Shown here: piece after piece, positions 59,122-64,000 of the stretch | How positions within the stretch are numbered: the stretch's first letter is position 1 | Layout: each line of letters begins with the position of its first letter | Assembly (NCBI RefSeq): GCF_028368995.1 | Contig: NZ_JAQNDL010000002.1 | Coordinates: 32,001 to 96,000, forward strand | Reading direction: 5' to 3' | DNA length: 64,000 bases | DNA from: Nannocystis bainbridge | GTDB lineage: Bacteria > Myxococcota_A > Polyangia > Nannocystales > Nannocystaceae | The notes under the pieces: generated by a model | What the model was told of the DNA's origin: nothing | The model's database searches: none | What the model saw: only the letters and a program-made list of their open reading frames with translations | Made by a program: the position numbers and the translations under genes

Positions 59122-60717
59122 TTACTTGGCCGGGGCGGGCGCGGGCGCCGGTGCGGCGCCAGCAGCCGCGAGGGCGTGGTTGGCGGCGCAGAAGGTGGTG
59201 TCCTTCTCGAGGCACTTGAGGTCGGTGTCGTAGTGGACGATCGTGGCGTCGGGCAGCGCGTCCTTGATCTGCTGCTCGGTCTTGTCGGCGCGGCCGACGA
59301 CGACCACCACCGGCACGTCGTTCATGAACTTGCGCGACATGGTCTTCATGTCGGCGATCTGGACCTTGCGGACCTCGTCGCGGTAGGTCTTGTAGTAGTC
59401 GGCCGGCAGGCCGTAGGTGAGGATCGTGCGCACGCGGCCGGCGACCTGGTCGGCGGTCTCGATGCTCAGCGGGAAGCTGCCGATCGCCTCGCGCGTGACG
59501 TCCTCGAACTCCTTCGCGGTGACGTCGGTGTCGCGCATCTTGTTGATGTGGCCGAACACGGCCTTGAGCATCTCGCCGGTGCTGGCGGTCTTGGTCTTGG
59601 TCCAGATCCGCCAGGTGCCCGGCGCGACGCCCGGCTCCATCTTGGTGTAGATGCCGTAGGTGAGGCCCTTCTCCTCGCGCACGTCGAGGAACAGGCGCCC
59701 GGTCGAGCCGCCGCCGAGGATGTCGGAGGCGAGGTCGAGCTTGATCCACTCGGGGTTCTTGCGCGCGAGCGCGAGGTTGCCGATGCGGATGTCCGACTGC
59801 GCCGAGCCGGGCCGATTGACCAGGTGGACGATCAGCTTGGGCGGGTGCTTGTACGACTTGAAGCCGTTGAGCGGGTTCGACGGGGCCTGGCCCTCGATCG
59901 GCTTCCACTTGGCGAACACCTCGTTGCCGAGCTTCTCCGCCTCGGCGACGGTGACGTCGCCGGAGAGGATCAGGTAGCTGTTGTTCGAGCGGTAGAAGGT
60001 GTCGTGGAACTTCTTGACCGCGTCGACGGTGACGGCGTCGATCCGGGCCTCGGTCGGCAGCGAGCGCCCGTACGGGTGGCCCGCCGGGTAGGCGGCCATG
60101 TCGAACAGCGCGTCGGCGAGGACGTCGGAGTTCGACTTCATCGCCTTGAGGCCGGTCTTGGCCTTCTCCTTGAGCTTGTCGAGCGCGGCCGGCGGGAACG
60201 CCGGGTTGACGACCTCGTCGGCCATCAGCGTCAGCGCCAGCTTGATGTCGCGCTTGAGCACCTGCGTGTAGACGCTGGTGTCGTGGACGCCGGCGCCGGC
60301 GCCGAGGCTGCCGCCGACGAACTCGATCTCCTCGTCGATCTTGGCCTTGGTGCGGGTCTTGGTGCCCTCGCCGAGCATGCTGGCGGTCATCTCGGCCAGC
60401 TGCTCGTCGTCCATGGTGCCGGCCTTGATCACCAGCTGGGCCGAGATCAGCGGGACCTCGTGGTTCTCGACGACGTAGATCTCGAGGCCGTTCTTGGTCT
60501 GGATCTTCTGCAGGTCGGGGAACTGGACCTCGCGCGGCTCGGTCGGCGGCGGCGGGTCCTGGTAGATGCGCGCGGGCTTGTCGGCGACCTGCGGCGCGTC
60601 GGCCGGCTTGTTGGCGTCGGGCGCGGTGGTCTCACCCTTGGGCTTGCCGCAGCCGGGGGCGGCGAGCGCGGCGACGACGAGGGCTGTGGCGAAGGAATGC
60701 GTGGTGCGCGTGAACAT
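59122..60717 (-). CDS. M16B peptidase, non-catalytic subunit (lipoprotein)
   Basis: APGC lipobox; no HXXEH; carries the R/Y motif RLFLDVREEKGLTYG. Confidence 0.85.
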   Translation of the reverse strand: MFTRTTHSFATALVVAALAAPGCGKPKGETTAPDANKPADAPQVADKPARIYQDPPPPTEPREVQFPDLQKIQTKNGLEIYVVENHEVPLISAQLVIKAGTMDDEQLAEMTASMLGEGTKTRTKAKIDEEIEFVGGSLGAGAGVHDTSVYTQVLKRDIKLALTLMADEVVNPAFPPAALDKLKEKAKTGLKAMKSNSDVLADALFDMAAYPAGHPYGRSLPTEARIDAVTVDAVKKFHDTFYRSNNSYLILSGDVTVAEAEKLGNEVFAKWKPIEGQAPSNPLNGFKSYKHPPKLIVHLVNRPGSAQSDIRIGNLALARKNPEWIKLDLASDILGGGSTGRLFLDVREEKGLTYGIYTKMEPGVAPGTWRIWTKTKTASTGEMLKAVFGHINKMRDTDVTAKEFEDVTREAIGSFPLSIETADQVAGRVRTILTYGLPADYYKTYRDEVRKVQIADMKTMSRKFMNDVPVVVVVGRADKTEQQIKDALPDATIVHYDTDLKCLEKDTTFCAANHALAAAGAAPAPAPAPAK

Positions 60718-60752
60718 GGTCTTTGGCTTCCTGTCCTGGAGGTCAGCGCTGC

Positions 60753-62222
60753 TCAGCCCGGGCCCATCATCGGCGCGCCGGTCGATCCGGGGTTGATCTC
60801 GAGGGTCAGCCAGTTGGCGCCCAGGTACTCGTTGGCGACCCGCTTGATGTCGGCGGGCTTGACCTGCTGGTACTTGTCCAGGTCGGTGAGGACGAACTTG
60901 GGGTCGTTGTGGAACAGCGCGCCGGTGGCGATCGAGTTGGCGCGGCCGGCGTTGGTGGCCAGCGTCTCGACCGTGTCCATCACCTGGCGGTTGATCGCCT
61001 TTTGCAGCTCCTTGGCGGTGATGCCGTTCTTCTGGACCTTGGCGACCTCGTCGCGCACGACCTGCTTGATGGCGTCGAACTTGACGTCCTTGTTGGGCAG
61101 GGCCTGGACGAACACGAGGCCGACGTCGCGCATGGCGAAGTGGGTGCCGCCGCTGACGGCGGTCAGCTTCTTCTCGTCCTGCAGGATCTTCGGGATGCGC
61201 GCCGACTCGCCGACGAGCAGGATGTTGCTCAGCAGGTCGAGGGCGTGGCGGTCGGGGTGGTTGGCGCCGACGGTGTGCCAGCCGAGCAGGAACAGCGACT
61301 GCTGGGCCAGCGGGTCCTCGACGATGGTCTCGATCGGCTTGCTGCGGTCGACCTGGCCGATCGCGGTCGGGGTGCGATCCGGGCCCTTCTTGATGTCGCC
61401 GAAGTACTTCTCGACCTTGGACTTGAGGTCGTTCAGCTCGACGTCGCCGACGAACACCAGCACCGCGTTGTTGGGCGCGTAGTACTTGTCGAAGAACGCC
61501 TGCACGTCGGGGGTCTTGGCGGCGTTGAGGTCCTCGAGGCTGCCGATGACCTCGTGGCCGTAGCCGGTGCCGGTCCAGGCGGCCGACAGCCACTTCTGGA
61601 CGGCGGCCGCGTACGGCACGTTGTCCATGCGCATGGCCTTCTCTTCCTTCACGGCCGAGCGCTGGTTCTCGAAGTTGGCGTCGGTGATCTCGAGCGAGCG
61701 CAGACGGTCCGCCTCCAACCACAAGCCGAGCTCCAGGTACTGGCTCGGCAGGTTGTTGTAGTAGATCGTCATGTCGTAGTTGGTGCCGGCGTTGTTGTTG
61801 CCGCCCACGCGCTGCACGAAGGTCAGGTGGCCCATCGGCGGCACGTTCTTGCTGCCCTCGAACATCATGTGCTCGAACAGGTGGGCGAAGCCGGTGCGGC
61901 CCTGGACCTCGTCGCGCGAGCCGACGTCGTACAGGAGCGTCATGTTGAACGCCGGGGTCGAGTGGTCCTCGACGACGTAGACGCGCAGGCCGTTGGCGAG
62001 CGAGAACTCCTGGACCGGGAGGTCGAAGGCGAGCCCGCCCTTGGCCGGCTTCTTGGCGGCCGTGGTCTTGCTTCCGGGCGCAGGATCCGCGGCGGGCGCG
62101 GCGTCAGCGGCGATCGAGGAGAGCGTCAGGCCACCGCAGAGGGTGAACAGGGCCAGGGTGCGGCCGGCGCGGCCGGAGAGGGTTCGGCGCGATCGTCCGT
62201 GAGACTTCAGCGTGGGCGACAT
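60753..62222 (-). CDS. M16B zinc peptidase, catalytic subunit
   Basis: LANGLRV, VGSRDE, GFAHLFEHMMFEGS, VKEE and YYAPNNAVL. Confidence 0.9.
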   Translation of the reverse strand: MSPTLKSHGRSRRTLSGRAGRTLALFTLCGGLTLSSIAADAAPAADPAPGSKTTAAKKPAKGGLAFDLPVQEFSLANGLRVYVVEDHSTPAFNMTLLYDVGSRDEVQGRTGFAHLFEHMMFEGSKNVPPMGHLTFVQRVGGNNNAGTNYDMTIYYNNLPSQYLELGLWLEADRLRSLEITDANFENQRSAVKEEKAMRMDNVPYAAAVQKWLSAAWTGTGYGHEVIGSLEDLNAAKTPDVQAFFDKYYAPNNAVLVFVGDVELNDLKSKVEKYFGDIKKGPDRTPTAIGQVDRSKPIETIVEDPLAQQSLFLLGWHTVGANHPDRHALDLLSNILLVGESARIPKILQDEKKLTAVSGGTHFAMRDVGLVFVQALPNKDVKFDAIKQVVRDEVAKVQKNGITAKELQKAINRQVMDTVETLATNAGRANSIATGALFHNDPKFVLTDLDKYQQVKPADIKRVANEYLGANWLTLEINPGSTGAPMMGPG

Positions 62223-62558
62223 GGGATTTGGTCGTCTCCTGCGAGGGCCGCAACCTAGCACACGGCCCCAGTGGCGGTGGGACAAAGCGGGACCCTCGCA
62301 GGCGCCCGAGACCCATCCTCCCACCTGCTTTGTGCCGCGCTGCCGAGCAAGAGAACTCACGTGATTCGCGGGGCGCCCGCGCGGCAGGCCACGGGCTTCG
62401 GACCCCCAATTTCACCGCGATCGTCGCCAGACCCTCGGGCCAGGTCGTCAGGGGCAGGCGCCGGCGGCGCCTCGGCGGGAGCGGCCGGCGACGTCCGCGT
62501 GTGACCCCGCCTACGTGGCGCAGGGCCGCTGGCGTCGGGCTGAGCGCCGGTAGGACGG

Positions 62559-62597
62559 TTGACAGCGCCTTTGGGCTAATCCTATAAAGCGCGCGCC
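62559..62597 (+). promoter_or_regulatory. Sigma70 promoter with GC-rich discriminator for tRNA-Gln/prs/rplY
   Basis: TTGACA-N18-TATAAA followed by GCGCGCGCC. Confidence 0.7.
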
Positions 62598-62670
62598 CTG
62601 GGGCCCGCTCCTGCGATCCTCAGAGCACGGTCAATTCGCAGGGCTCGGCCCTTCGAGGCTGAACAAATGC

Positions 62671-62742
62671 TGGGGCGTCGGCAAGTGGTAAGCCAGCGGT
62701 TTTTGGTACCGCCATTCGTAGGTTCGAATCCTACCGCCCCAA
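62671..62742 (+). tRNA. tRNA-Gln(UUG); CCA not encoded
   Basis: Acceptor stem TGGGGCG/CGCCCCA, D-loop AAGTGGTAA, anticodon arm GCGGT-TTTTGGT-ACCGC, T-arm GTAGG-TTCGAAT-CCTAC. Confidence 0.95.
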
Positions 62743-62777
62743 TTCATCTCCGCTGACCTTCGACCGAGGACCCGCGC

Positions 62778-63725
<948 letters not shown>

Positions 63726-63868
63726 CTCTACGGTCTCACGACCGACAATGGTCGCACCGACCGACCAAGACCTCTGCCCGACCGGCGGCGAGCCCGATGG
63801 TGTGGTTCCCACCCGGAGGCGAGACAAGAGGGTCCCGAACGGACCCGACGAGAGAAGAGACAATCACC

Positions 63869-64000
63869 ATGAATCAGCAACGCGAACTCACGGTTCAGAT
63901 CCGGACCGGCACTGGCAAGGGCGAGGCCCACAAGCTCCGCGCGTCCGGCAAGATCCCCGGCGTGATCTACGGCCACGGCGGCGAGCACCTGACGATCGCC
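63869..64000 (+). CDS. rplY: 50S ribosomal protein L25/Ctc, 3'-truncated by the window edge
   Basis: Translated by hand: MNQQRELTVQIRTGTGKGEAHKLRASGKIPGVIYGHG; matches the conserved prs-rplY gene order. Confidence 0.9.
   Translation, partial: MNQQRELTVQIRTGTGKGEAHKLRASGKIPGVIYGHGGEHLTIA

Noticed and set aside
62671-62777. tRNA-associated genomic island
   Set aside because: No integrase or duplicated tRNA 3' end is present, and prs follows directly in the usual gene order.

Overview
A very GC-rich bacterial window with myxobacterial hallmarks: MYXO-CTERM tails, myxococcal Cys-rich CGDG repeats, a DUF1592/DUF1552 pair and many Thr/Ser-rich lipoproteins. It resembles Nannocystis; that assignment is an inference. 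Bases 1-41 kb are mostly accessory genes: secreted peptidases, lipoproteins, K+/cation transporters, SDRs, and LMF, TPR and DUF2330 proteins. Bases 41-64 kb are mostly core genes: tolQRAB, ppx/gppA, a PHP protein, an MlaF-MlaE-like fusion, a hipBA-type toxin-antitoxin pair, pntAB, moaC, glmS, an M16 protease pair, tRNA-Gln, prs and rplY. The most striking unexplained signal is at the DNA level. A degenerate palindromic element, approximately RGACATGTCY, recurs with an exact 14-bp period. It forms about ten intergenic arrays of 3-7 phased units and one CRISPR-like cluster of about 30-bp repeats. About a dozen copies also lie inside unrelated genes, where they coincide with rare A/T-ending codons and a shared [LM]-S-x-G-T-[GC] peptide. 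Many genes also look leaderless, with TANNNT 5-9 nt before the start codon. All family calls come from motifs recognised by eye; no database searches were run.
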